Shown here: piece by piece, positions 18,581-28,350 of the stretch
Position numbering within the stretch: position 1 is the stretch's first letter
How the letters are laid out: the number at the start of each line of letters is the position of its first letter
Source: Candidatus Latescibacterota bacterium
GTDB taxonomy: Bacteria; Latescibacterota; UBA2968
Direction: 5' to 3'
Length of the DNA: 64,000 bases
NCBI GenBank assembly: GCA_965205975.1
Contig: OZ242195.1
Span: 4,896,001 to 4,960,000, forward strand
Made by a program: the position numbers and the translations under genes
The notes under the pieces: generated by a model
What the model saw: the letters and a program-made list of their open reading frames with translations, nothing else
Database searches by the model: none
Told to the model about the DNA's origin: nothing

Positions 18581-20005
18581 TTAACGGTTTCGGTAGGCAT
18601 CAACAAATCTCAAGAAATCGCTAAAACCAACTTTGCCATCGCCGTCTAAGTCGAATTTGGCTTCATTGCTCCCATAGGCCTGGGCAAATTGGAGAAAGTC
18701 GTTAAAGTCGAGTTTGCCGTCGGCATTAAAGTCAAATTTGGCGAGATCGATGGGTGGCGGTCTGAGAATGGGTATGTGTGATGTATTGGATGAAAAGATG
18801 TTCGAGACAACATCTTGTGATACGTCAAACCAATCGTTGAGCACCGAGGCATAGACATGGCGAAAGTCGTGATCGTAGTAAAAGTCACCGCGCCTGTCAA
18901 CTTGTTCAAAGTTGGGGGCTGGCCCCGCAATGCCCGCATTGACCGATGGGCCAAAGAAGAACATGGGTGCTGATGTGCCGTGATCGGTGCCTGCGCTGCC
19001 GTTTTCTTTTGTTCGACGACCAAATTCCGAAATGCTCATGCCGAGTACGCGGTCTTGCAATTGATGTTGCCGCAAGTCTTGAACAAAAGCCGTGGTTGCT
19101 TCGTTGAGGTATCTCATCAAGGTGTTGTGGCGGTTGAGCTGATTGGAGTGCGTGTCGTATCCGCCTTGTGAGACCAGATACACTTTGGATTGTAAGCCGC
19201 CAGCGATCAGCCGCGCGACCAGACTGAGCTGGTCGGCGAGCGGATTACCAGAGGGATATTCAACTCTGTTCGCGCCTTTATCTGCGGCATCTCTGACCTG
19301 TGAGGAATATTGCAGGGATTCAAAGTTGATGCGGCGGATAAAGTCGAGTTCAAATCCAGCCGGTGTGGGGATTTTACCGTCTTCGATAATTTTGTTGCCC
19401 CGCTCCACGAGATTGACAAATTGCCTGGGGTTGCGCAGGGCAATACCCATGGCACCATTTTTGCCCAATAGGGCAAGAGAAAGCACGGGGCCGATGTCAA
19501 CGGCGAGAGGTTGTTCTGGCAAGGTGTCTGGGAAGCCCGGAGTTTGGGATTCAAAATAGCGCCCCAGCCAACCGTGGTTCAAAAATTCGTTGGAATTTGA
19601 TGCGGTCAACCAGATGTCGGTCGAACGAAAGTGCGATCGGTTGGGATTGGGATATCCGACTCCCTGCATGACCATCAACTGACCTTCGTCGTAGAGTTCT
19701 TTGAATCCGGTGAGTTGGGGATGCAGGCCCTGTGTTGGGGTGAGTCTGAGGGCTTCTTCTTTTGTGATGTGGATTTTGGGACGCGCCTGATAATAGGCGT
19801 CGTTTTCAAAGTTGACCAGGGTGTTGAGGCCGTCGTTACCGCCATTGAGGCGAATGATAACGAGCACGCGGTCGGTCTCGCTGAGGGCTGTTGCAGCCAG
19901 GGGACCAATAGCTTCGGCGCGCCCATAAGCCCGCGTCATAAAACCGCCCAGCGCAAATCCGGCACCACCGCGGGTCGCGTTTTTCATAAAGTCGCGTCTG
20001 TTCAT
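18581..20005 (-). CDS. DUF1501 Tat-exported protein with dockerin-like tail
   Basis: MNRRDFMK, LNGGNDGLNT, NRSHFRS, GGYDTH, SEFGR, GTDHG. Confidence 0.92.
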   Translation of the reverse strand: MNRRDFMKNATRGGAGFALGGFMTRAYGRAEAIGPLAATALSETDRVLVIIRLNGGNDGLNTLVNFENDAYYQARPKIHITKEEALRLTPTQGLHPQLTGFKELYDEGQLMVMQGVGYPNPNRSHFRSTDIWLTASNSNEFLNHGWLGRYFESQTPGFPDTLPEQPLAVDIGPVLSLALLGKNGAMGIALRNPRQFVNLVERGNKIIEDGKIPTPAGFELDFIRRINFESLQYSSQVRDAADKGANRVEYPSGNPLADQLSLVARLIAGGLQSKVYLVSQGGYDTHSNQLNRHNTLMRYLNEATTAFVQDLRQHQLQDRVLGMSISEFGRRTKENGSAGTDHGTSAPMFFFGPSVNAGIAGPAPNFEQVDRRGDFYYDHDFRHVYASVLNDWFDVSQDVVSNIFSSNTSHIPILRPPPIDLAKFDFNADGKLDFNDFLQFAQAYGSNEAKFDLDGDGKVGFSDFLRFVDAYRNR

Positions 20006-20026
20006 AACGAGCTCCTTGCCTCAAGT

Positions 20027-21499
20027 CTAATTCAGTTGATAGTCGGGCAATTCAAAGATGAGTTTGAGAATATTTTTGATGCGTCGAGGTGCTGCAACAG
20101 CGTCGGGATTCCAGTCATAAACATCGGCACCTTCGAGTAGCGTTTCCAAAAACATTTCGCGGCGATAATCGTCAACTGGAAAGGCGGTCAGGCATTCTCC
20201 CATGGCGCGAACGAGTTTTTCCGCGTCGTAGGGATCGGGAAATGCCTTGACGAATCCAACAGTATCCGGGTTGAGGATGGTGTAACGGTTGGGATTGCGC
20301 GGTTTGGCATCGACCATTTCGTCGGTCATTTTGTGGCGTTCGGGCAGTGTTGATGTGCTGATCCACAGCCGATATCCCGGCCACCCGGCCACATTGGGAG
20401 GATCGAGCAGTTTTTGACCGAGTACCTGGGCGATGTAAACGAGGTATTCGGAACTGATACTCCTGCCTCTACCCGCTTTAAAACCGAGACTGCGCGCTGT
20501 GCCGGCGACGAGTTCGACGGGGCTTTTGATTTTGGCACCGATGATGGCGGGATCAAAAAAGTGCGCGCTCAAGAACAATGCTTTCAGCACGGGTTTGATT
20601 TCGTAATCGTTATCGCGCATGATTTGCGCGAGTTCCGAGATGACATCTTTGTCTGGATGCTCATAGACAAATTCGCGATAGAGTTTGCCGCATATAAATT
20701 CGGCTGTGATTTCTTGCTGGAAAATGATGTCGATAATGTCTTGCTCATTGAAGTTGCCGGTTTGCCCCAGGAATGTTTTCTGGCCTTTGTCGAATCGATT
20801 CTCTCTAAAAGTGGGTTGTTTGCCTACGACAATCCACCCCGTGAGCGCTCGGGCCGCTTCTCCGATGTCGTGTTCTGTGTAGGTGCTGCCCTCGCCCATG
20901 GTGAACAATTCCATGAGTTCTCGGGCGTAATTTTCATTGGGCCTGCCCACTCTGTTGGAGTTGCTGTCGAGGTAGTAGATCATGGCCGGGTCGCGCGTGA
21001 CGCCCTCAACTATTGTTTTGAAGTTGCCGACGGCGTGTTTGCGGAACAGGAAATTTTGAAGATACATCCACTGCGGGCGTCTGACATCTTTGGCCTGGGT
21101 GGCAAAGTGATCGTGCCAGAAGAGCACCATGCGCTCTTGAATTGAGAACCCCTGATTGACGATGAGTTCCATCCACCAGACACGGGTCTGGTCAACGCGC
21201 GCGCGCTCAATTTTGCGCTGATCTGCATCGGGTCTTGTAAATGGATCTTCGTTGACCCAACTATCGGGTGGATTAGGGGGCAAAAAAGGTATTTCCAGAA
21301 GGCGATCTACAACGGCTTCTGGCGTGCTTTGCGCGGCTTCTGCAATTTCTCTTGGCGTTGGGCCAATGAGGGTGCGCCGCAAGAGGTGTGCCGCCCGGTG
21401 CTCATTCCACGGCTGTTCTGCCGAGGGGATATAAGGTTCGAGTCCCGTGGATGCATACGCAAGTTTGGGCGCAACAGGAAAATGTTTGCGATTGGACAC
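20027..21499 (-). CDS. DUF1800 protein
   Basis: AAHLLRR, ERMVLFWHDHFA, PNENYARELMELFTMG, KSPVE, PPNVAGW. Confidence 0.92.
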   Translation of the reverse strand: MSNRKHFPVAPKLAYASTGLEPYIPSAEQPWNEHRAAHLLRRTLIGPTPREIAEAAQSTPEAVVDRLLEIPFLPPNPPDSWVNEDPFTRPDADQRKIERARVDQTRVWWMELIVNQGFSIQERMVLFWHDHFATQAKDVRRPQWMYLQNFLFRKHAVGNFKTIVEGVTRDPAMIYYLDSNSNRVGRPNENYARELMELFTMGEGSTYTEHDIGEAARALTGWIVVGKQPTFRENRFDKGQKTFLGQTGNFNEQDIIDIIFQQEITAEFICGKLYREFVYEHPDKDVISELAQIMRDNDYEIKPVLKALFLSAHFFDPAIIGAKIKSPVELVAGTARSLGFKAGRGRSISSEYLVYIAQVLGQKLLDPPNVAGWPGYRLWISTSTLPERHKMTDEMVDAKPRNPNRYTILNPDTVGFVKAFPDPYDAEKLVRAMGECLTAFPVDDYRREMFLETLLEGADVYDWNPDAVAAPRRIKNILKLIFELPDYQLN

Positions 21500-21616
21500 G
21501 AATGCTCCTCCTCTTGATCTAAAATGCTGGTGATTTAGTTCTAATCATTAAGCGCATGTATAAAATGGTAAATTTTTGTTATTAGTGCAAGTTAATATTT
21601 GTAAATACCAAAAGCC

Positions 21617-21934
21617 TCAAGGGGCATATTTTGTGAGTGAATCGAGTAGAGCTTGTTGCGCCACCAGATTTCTTTCCGATGCCATGACAATGGTTTCCTG
21701 AATTTTGATACGGGCGTGTTCTATGTTTTCTGCCTGGTCTTTTGGAATGCCCAACGCGATATTGCGGCGAATTTCGCTTTGCAGGCTGTCGCGCAGGGTT
21801 TGCAGGCGGATGCGTTCTTCGCGCAGTGCTTCTTGAGCTTTTGAGACCTTCATTTTTTGACTTTCGAGTACGGGATTGGTGCCCGAACATGCAAAAATCA
21901 GGATAAGGAAAAAAAATAAGAGAAAGCGAGGCAT
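21617..21934 (-). CDS. Coiled-coil lipoprotein, unknown function
   Basis: LIFAC lipobox; co-oriented and closely spaced with neighbours. Confidence 0.65.
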   Translation of the reverse strand: MPRFLLFFFLILIFACSGTNPVLESQKMKVSKAQEALREERIRLQTLRDSLQSEIRRNIALGIPKDQAENIEHARIKIQETIVMASERNLVAQQALLDSLTKYAP

Positions 21935-21942
21935 AGGATCGG

Positions 21943-23367
21943 CTATTGAGTTTGACTATTGAGATAGTGCTGAATGTGACGGCGAGCGCGATAGGTTTTT
22001 ACGCGGCTGACCCAACTCTTTTTGGGATGTTGGGTTGGATCGGTGTCAATTTCAACGGTGTCGCCCCAGGTGAGTTTGGAGAACGGATAAGCCCGCGCGC
22101 CGTTGATGCGACCTCCTTTGCATTGCAAGCCGAGGTCGGTATGTACGGCAAAGGCAAAATCGGCAAGGGTCGCATCTTCGGGCAAAATAAAGGGATCACC
22201 TCTGGGTGTGAGTGTGACAATTTCTCGGGTAAAGAGAATGCGTTTGAGTTCGGACATCAGGTGATGGGAGGCGTCAGCGCGGTCGTACCAATCGACAAAA
22301 TCGTGCAACCAGCGCGTGCGCCGCTCTTCGTGCTCTGCATCTCCGCGCAATGCGGTAATGCCAAATTCGCCCAGGCGATGCATTGCGGGGGTTTGAATGT
22401 GGAGTTCGTAGCGTTGGTCTCTGTGGTGGACACAGGTATGCAGAGCCTGGTAACCGTTGCGTTTGGGCAGGGCAATAAAGTCTTTGAAACGCTCCATTAC
22501 AGGCAGGAATTGCTCGTGTAAAATTCCCAAAGCCGAATAACACAATCGACGACGTGAGACAATAACTTCAATAGCGTAGCGATCCTGAATTTGACTGAGG
22601 GGGCGATGTTGCATTTTGCGGTAAATGCTGCTCAAACTCTTCTCTTGCACGCGCACACTTGTCCGCACGCCATTTGCATTGAGCAGGTTGCGAATAGTGT
22701 CTTGGAATGTTACGAGGTGCTCGGTCGGTTCTGTTCTAAACGTCGTCTGTATCTGATTTGTAATGCGTGGTTCGAGACAAAAAAGACTGCGGTCTTCAAG
22801 CTCTCGGCGGATGCGGGCCATGCCCAACAAGTGCGATAGGGGTGCGTATATATCAATGGTTTCTCGCGCAATGCGTTGCCGCCTGTCGAGTTCTGCAATG
22901 CCATCGAGGCTGCGCATGTTATACATGCGGTCAGCCAATTTGAGAATGAGAACGCGCGGGTCTCGACTGGCATGGGTGAACAGGTGTTGCAAGGTGGCAA
23001 TGCGCCGCGCAGTGCGTCCAGCTTTTAAGCCTTCAACTTTTGTAACGCCGCTGACGAGGGTAGCAATATTTTTGCCAAAGGTGGGTTCAATGTCGCCAAG
23101 GGTCAGGGCAGAGTCTTCAACGGCGTCGTGTAATAGTGCCGCCGCCATCATTTCAGCGTCGCGTGCAAAGCCCAATTCAGAAGCCAGAATGAGAGCCACG
23201 CCAATGGGATGGGTGATATACGGTTGCCCGGCGTCACGGTCCTGGCCCTCGTGGCTGGCATTGGCGAAGTGATAGGCATGCCCGACGAGCGGATGATTGC
23301 GCTGAGGAATTTTTACCAGTAATTCCCGAAGGGGTTCGCGTATGGCAATTTGGTATTTGGTATTCAC
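21943..23367 (-). CDS. Short RelA/SpoT homologue (HD + degenerate SYNTH + TGS)
   Basis: PYITHP, LLHDAVED, KLADRMYNMR, PKRNGYQALHT, DFAFAVHTDLG; no ACT/ZFD C-terminus. Confidence 0.88.
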   Translation of the reverse strand: MNTKYQIAIREPLRELLVKIPQRNHPLVGHAYHFANASHEGQDRDAGQPYITHPIGVALILASELGFARDAEMMAAALLHDAVEDSALTLGDIEPTFGKNIATLVSGVTKVEGLKAGRTARRIATLQHLFTHASRDPRVLILKLADRMYNMRSLDGIAELDRRQRIARETIDIYAPLSHLLGMARIRRELEDRSLFCLEPRITNQIQTTFRTEPTEHLVTFQDTIRNLLNANGVRTSVRVQEKSLSSIYRKMQHRPLSQIQDRYAIEVIVSRRRLCYSALGILHEQFLPVMERFKDFIALPKRNGYQALHTCVHHRDQRYELHIQTPAMHRLGEFGITALRGDAEHEERRTRWLHDFVDWYDRADASHHLMSELKRILFTREIVTLTPRGDPFILPEDATLADFAFAVHTDLGLQCKGGRINGARAYPFSKLTWGDTVEIDTDPTQHPKKSWVSRVKTYRARRHIQHYLNSQTQ

Positions 23368-26213
23368 GCCGCGCTCACTTTGTCGAACCAGCTTTTGATG
23401 GTTTGTAATAAATGGTCCGGTGCCCGAAACGCCCGATGTTGAACTGGGAGTGCTTCGAGAAAGGCCCGCCCGTAAAAGGTGGATAAAACCCGACTGTCGA
23501 AGACGATGACAATACCTCTGTCGGATTTGTTGCGTATCAGGCGGCCAAAACCCTGGCGGAATTTGAGAATGGCTTCGGGGACAGAATAGTGTAAAAATGG
23601 ATTTTTGCCCTGTTTTTCGAGCTCTTCCATGTGCGCTGCAACAAGGGGTTCAGATGGCACGGCAAAAGGCAGGCGAATAATGCCCAGTATTTCGAGGGCT
23701 TCGCCGGGGATATCTACCCCTTCCCAGAAACTGTCGGTGCCAAGCAACATTGCGCGTCGGTGGGTCTTAAAGCGATCGGTAATGCTGCCGCGCGCACCGT
23801 CTATCCCCTGTCCCAGGAGTAAGATGCCATCAGACGATAGATCGTTTTTGAGTGCGTCATAAGATTGGTTGAGCATGCTGTAGGACGTAAATAATGCCAG
23901 CGTGCCCCGTCCGATTTCGCGTGCGAGATGGCGTAATAAATCGTCAACGGCGCGTTGAAAATGAGGAGATTTGGGCGATGGCATAAATTGAGGTACGCAA
24001 ACGAGGGCTTGTAAATCGTAGTCAAAGGGCGAACCCAGACAACTCGTTTGCACGCGCTCCTCGGGCATGGTATCGAGCCCCATGCGCTGAAGAAAGTAGA
24101 TGAGTTTGCCGCGAATGCCCAGAGTAGCCGATGTGAAGACGATGGTGCGCATTTTGTCGTAGAGTGCGTCGCGCAATACATCGGCGACCTGCAAGGGCGC
24201 GGAAAACAGGCGCGTGTCGCTGCTGTTTTCTCGGGTTGGCAATTCAAACCAGTAAACACATTGTTCGTCTTCGGGATGGGTCAAGTGATTGAGGGTTGCG
24301 AGCAGGTCGCTGCATTCTTGTGCGCGTCCGTCGAGTTCACTGACGAGTTCGTCCTGGTTGGGAAAGGTGTCGTCGGGCAAGTCTTTGAGCCAATCGCACA
24401 GATTTTTTAAGCTGTTATTGAGTTCTGAGCCCGCTTCGGCAAAGTCTTCAAGGCTTTCTTTGACTGTTTCAAACGTATTTTCACCCGGACGATAGCGCTC
24501 TTTTGGCGTGTAGTTAAATTTGCGACTGCCCTGTTTGCCATACAAAAATTCCGTGAGGTCTTGAAAAAAGGTCTGCGCTTTGAGGTAGATGTCTTCGGCG
24601 GCGTTCACAGCCCGTCCAATGCCTTTGTCAAAGGTGGCGAAGATATTGTCTTTGAGATCGGCTACACCGATCCAGTGGCGCAATGCGGGCAGGGTGCCGG
24701 TGCTTTGAAAGCCCGGACTGCGCAGTTGATCGGAAAAATTTTTAATGTGCCATATATTGAGTTCGCGTCCCAAATATTGTGCGGCAATTTTTTCGATGTT
24801 GTGGGCTTCGTCCAGGATGAGGTCTTCGTATTCACCCAGCACGGCATTTTCCGAGACGATGTCGGAAAAGAGCAGGGAGTGATTGACAACCACGATATGT
24901 GCTTTTTGGGCAGAGCGGCGCACGGTGTTGGCAAAACACTGCCCGTTGGTGCGGCACTTTTGCGAGCGGCAATATCCCGAGTCGGAACACACTTTTGCCC
25001 ACAGGCCAGCATGGCGACGCATATCAAAGCCATTGTTTTCCGAAATGTCGCCCGTTTGCGTTTGCTCTGCCCATATAACGAGAGATAAAGCTCCTTCGCG
25101 CTCGTCTTCGGTAAAGAAGGTATCGACATTGGCGAGTGCTGCGTGCCACCGATTGAGGCATATATAGTTGCTGCGACCTTTGAGCAGGACATAGCTGAAG
25201 GGTATATTCAGAGCGCGTTCAAGGTGGGGCAGGTCTTTGAAGAACAATTGTTCCTGAAGATTTTTGGTATTGGTGGAAACAATGATGCGGCGGCCATTTT
25301 GTGCGGCGTGGTGAATGGCCGGGGTGAGATAGGCCATGGATTTGCCCACGCCTGTGCCCGCTTCGGCGACGAGGAGGTGGTTGTTGTTGAAGGCGTTGGC
25401 AATGGCGCGCACCATTTCGATCTGTTCGGTGCGGACTTCATATCCTTCGGTTTGGCGGTCAAAGGTGCCGCCGGATTCAAACAAGGTGCAGAGCATGTCG
25501 ATGTCGAGAGGCGCGTGGTCCTCTGTTTCCGTTCGGGTTTCTTCGCCGCCCACATTGGAGAGGGGGAGGTCATCTGCCCCGCCACCGCGAATGCGATTCA
25601 TAAATTCGCTTTTGGCCGCTTCGTTGCCCAGATCGACAAAGATGTTGAGCAAGGGGCTATTTGCGCCTTGCAAAAGCTGGAGTATTTGTTGTTTGGTACG
25701 GAATGAGGTTTCGCGCAAGATCTCGACGACGCCCGAGTATATGCCCGCGAGTTGCTCGGCATCGCCAAGTGCTTTGTGCGCTGATTGGGATTTGACTTCA
25801 AAATAGTCTGCAAGTGTGTTCGCCCGATGATCGGGTAAACTGGGCAAGGCAATCCGGGCGAGGTCGCACACGCTGTGTATGTTGTTGCCAAAGGGCAGGC
25901 CAGAGGCTTTAGATAAAAAGCGAGTTTCAAATCGACCCTGGTGTACGATGAGGGGCTGGTCGCCCACAAAGGTCATAAAGTTTTCGATTGCTGCGTTGAT
26001 GCGGGGGGCGTTTTTTACGTCTTTGAACGCTATGCCCGTCAGGCGCGTTGTTTCTTCGGGTACCCCCATTTTTGGACGCACATAAGTCTGAAAGCGGTCG
26101 GCAATTTCGCCATCTTTGACTTTGACAGCACCGATTTCGATTATTTCGGCTTCTTTCGGGTTCAGACCCGTTGTTTCGAGGTCGAGGGTTATGTAGGTGT
26201 GGAGAATGGACAT
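23364..26213 (-). CDS. dinG: DnaQ-like exonuclease / DinG helicase fusion
   Basis: LDLETTG, HKALGDA, EAGTGVGKS, KGRSNYIC and Cys cluster, DEAH, TSATL, FWEGVD, QGFGRLIR. Confidence 0.92.
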   Translation of the reverse strand: MSILHTYITLDLETTGLNPKEAEIIEIGAVKVKDGEIADRFQTYVRPKMGVPEETTRLTGIAFKDVKNAPRINAAIENFMTFVGDQPLIVHQGRFETRFLSKASGLPFGNNIHSVCDLARIALPSLPDHRANTLADYFEVKSQSAHKALGDAEQLAGIYSGVVEILRETSFRTKQQILQLLQGANSPLLNIFVDLGNEAAKSEFMNRIRGGGADDLPLSNVGGEETRTETEDHAPLDIDMLCTLFESGGTFDRQTEGYEVRTEQIEMVRAIANAFNNNHLLVAEAGTGVGKSMAYLTPAIHHAAQNGRRIIVSTNTKNLQEQLFFKDLPHLERALNIPFSYVLLKGRSNYICLNRWHAALANVDTFFTEDEREGALSLVIWAEQTQTGDISENNGFDMRRHAGLWAKVCSDSGYCRSQKCRTNGQCFANTVRRSAQKAHIVVVNHSLLFSDIVSENAVLGEYEDLILDEAHNIEKIAAQYLGRELNIWHIKNFSDQLRSPGFQSTGTLPALRHWIGVADLKDNIFATFDKGIGRAVNAAEDIYLKAQTFFQDLTEFLYGKQGSRKFNYTPKERYRPGENTFETVKESLEDFAEAGSELNNSLKNLCDWLKDLPDDTFPNQDELVSELDGRAQECSDLLATLNHLTHPEDEQCVYWFELPTRENSSDTRLFSAPLQVADVLRDALYDKMRTIVFTSATLGIRGKLIYFLQRMGLDTMPEERVQTSCLGSPFDYDLQALVCVPQFMPSPKSPHFQRAVDDLLRHLAREIGRGTLALFTSYSMLNQSYDALKNDLSSDGILLLGQGIDGARGSITDRFKTHRRAMLLGTDSFWEGVDIPGEALEILGIIRLPFAVPSEPLVAAHMEELEKQGKNPFLHYSVPEAILKFRQGFGRLIRNKSDRGIVIVFDSRVLSTFYGRAFLEALPVQHRAFRAPDHLLQTIKSWFDKVSAA

Positions 26214-26372
26214 GGGGAAAATTGAAGAACCTTATGTGTTGACTCTTTGATTTCTGTTCGGTATCATAAATGCCGACCAGTTTTGATTTTCCGATCGGCT
26301 TTCGATGGCGTTTTGACTTGAGGTAACATACATTACAAAGCCCTGAAGTTCAAGGGTTATTAAGGAGATGGG

Positions 26373-27389
26373 ATGAAAGCGTCTGTTTATCTGGGTCCCG
26401 AGCGGGTTGAATTGCGCGATGTTGCGGAACCCAAACCGGGCGATGATGAGGTGCTCATCAAAGTGGCGCGGGCGGGTTTGTGCGGTACGGATTTGCATAT
26501 TTATCAGGGTCATATGGATCAGCGGGTGCAAATTCCTCTGGTGATGGGACACGAGATGTGCGGTGAGATTGTAGAGGTTCCGAATGATGCCGAGTTCAAA
26601 GTGGGGGAGCGCGTGGTGGTTGAACCCACGGTGGCATGTGGGGCGTGTGCGGCTTGCTGGCGGGGTCATCGACATATTTGTCAGAATCTGGATTTTTTGG
26701 GTATTGACTCTGCGGGGGCATTTCAGGCTTTTTGGAATGCACCACTCGATCGCTTGCACCGCGTACCCCATGCACTGGACGACGATGCCGGCGCGCTTAT
26801 CGAACCGCTTGCAGTCGCTGTCCACGATGTTCGGCGTGCAAAAGTGGAATTGGGCGACCGCGCGGTTGTGATTGGCGGCGGTCCGATCGGGATACTAATT
26901 GCAATGGCGGCGCGATTGGATGGGGCCGAGGTGGTGATTTCCGAAGTGAATCCCTTTCGTTTGGCAAAGGCGAGGGCATTGGGCTTTGAGATTGTGAATC
27001 CATTGGAAACAGATCTTATCGCATATACAGAAGATTGGACCGAGGGTGCAGGTGCAGACCTCGTGTTTGAAGTTAGTGGCAGTGCGCCCGGTGCAAAGGT
27101 CATGACGGAGTTGGTACGGGTTCGCGGGACTATTGTGCTGGTTGGGGTACACGCTGAACCGCCGCCTGTGGATTTACAGCGGTTTTTTTGGCGGGAATTG
27201 CATCTGGTGGGGTGTCGCGTGTACGAACCCATAGATTTTGAGCGGGCAATTCGGTTGGCGGCATCTGGCGCGGTTGATGTAAAAGCACTGATTACAGATA
27301 CGCTGCCACTGGATGATGCGGCAAAAGGATTTGAACAGATGGTGGCGGGTGGCGAGGTGATGAAGGTGCTTTTGGACTGTCAGGCGTGA
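26373..27389 (+). CDS. Zn-dependent alcohol/sugar dehydrogenase
   Basis: CGTDLH, GHE, CGACAAC...C, GGGPIG. Confidence 0.9.
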   Translation: MKASVYLGPERVELRDVAEPKPGDDEVLIKVARAGLCGTDLHIYQGHMDQRVQIPLVMGHEMCGEIVEVPNDAEFKVGERVVVEPTVACGACAACWRGHRHICQNLDFLGIDSAGAFQAFWNAPLDRLHRVPHALDDDAGALIEPLAVAVHDVRRAKVELGDRAVVIGGGPIGILIAMAARLDGAEVVISEVNPFRLAKARALGFEIVNPLETDLIAYTEDWTEGAGADLVFEVSGSAPGAKVMTELVRVRGTIVLVGVHAEPPPVDLQRFFWRELHLVGCRVYEPIDFERAIRLAASGAVDVKALITDTLPLDDAAKGFEQMVAGGEVMKVLLDCQA

Positions 27390-27396
27390 TAAAGCG

Positions 27397-27540
27397 CGAA
27401 TAGACGAATAGACGAATAGACGAATAGACGAATAGACGAATGGTAGTACATACTGATACTGACTTACATCATGTCAGCACATGCTTTGGGAGGATGGGCG
27501 GGGTTCGTTGATTCGCAGATTCGTTGATTCGCAGATTCGT
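27397..27540. repeat. Inverted 8-nt tandem-repeat element
   Basis: (CGAATAGA)x5 left arm; alternating TTCGTTGA/TTCGCAGA right arm. Confidence 0.85.
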
Positions 27541-27553
27541 AACAGGAGTTATT

Positions 27554-28321
27554 ATGGGAATTTTGGATAAGTTTGATTTGAGTGGTAAGACTGCACTGGT
27601 GACAGGGTGCCGGCGCGGTATTGGTCGCGCTTTTGCCCAGGGGTTGGCTGAGGCAGGTGCCGATATTGTGGGGGTGAGTGCATCGCTGGCGTCGGGGAGT
27701 GAGGTAGAAGGAGATGTCGCGGCATTGGGTCGTAGTTTTCGCCCTTATGCATGTGATTTTTCCGATCGAGATGCTTTGTGGGCTTTTATAGAACAGGTGA
27801 AAGCAGATGTTGCTCAGATCGATATATTGGTGAATAATGCGGGTACGATTTTGCGGGAACCCGCGGCGGATCATCCGGATGAATACTGGGATAAAGTAAT
27901 TGAGGTAAATTTAAATGCACAATTTGTTCTCGCACGCGAGTTTGGCAAAGAGATGGTCGCGCGCGGAGGTGGTAAAATTGTTTTTACAGCGTCTTTGCTG
28001 AGTTTTCAGGGGGGTATTACCGTGCCGGGTTATGCTGCGGCCAAAGGGGGTATTGCGACTTTGACGATGGCACTGTCAAATGAGTGGGCAGGCAAGGGGG
28101 TGAATGTCAATGCTATTGCGCCGGGGTATATTGCAACAGATAATACCGAAGCCCTGCGCAATGATTCTGTCCGTTCCGAGCAAATTTTGACGCGCATTCC
28201 CCAGGGGCGATGGGGGCAGCCGGATGATCTGAAAGGCGCGTGTGTGTTTTTGTGTTCGGATGCAGCCAATTATGTCAATGGTACGACTTTGACTGTGGAT
28301 GGCGGATGGATGGGGCGGTAA
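27554..28321 (+). CDS. kduD: SDR oxidoreductase, KduD-like
   Basis: TGCRRGIG, NNAG, ASLLSFQGGITVPGYAAAK, VDGGWMGR. Confidence 0.8.
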   Translation: MGILDKFDLSGKTALVTGCRRGIGRAFAQGLAEAGADIVGVSASLASGSEVEGDVAALGRSFRPYACDFSDRDALWAFIEQVKADVAQIDILVNNAGTILREPAADHPDEYWDKVIEVNLNAQFVLAREFGKEMVARGGGKIVFTASLLSFQGGITVPGYAAAKGGIATLTMALSNEWAGKGVNVNAIAPGYIATDNTEALRNDSVRSEQILTRIPQGRWGQPDDLKGACVFLCSDAANYVNGTTLTVDGGWMGR

Positions 28322-28350
28322 TTAAATAATATTTTAACCGGAGGTTCGAT

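Noticed and set aside
27397..27540. CRISPR array
   Set aside because: 8-nt units with no spacers and no cas genes
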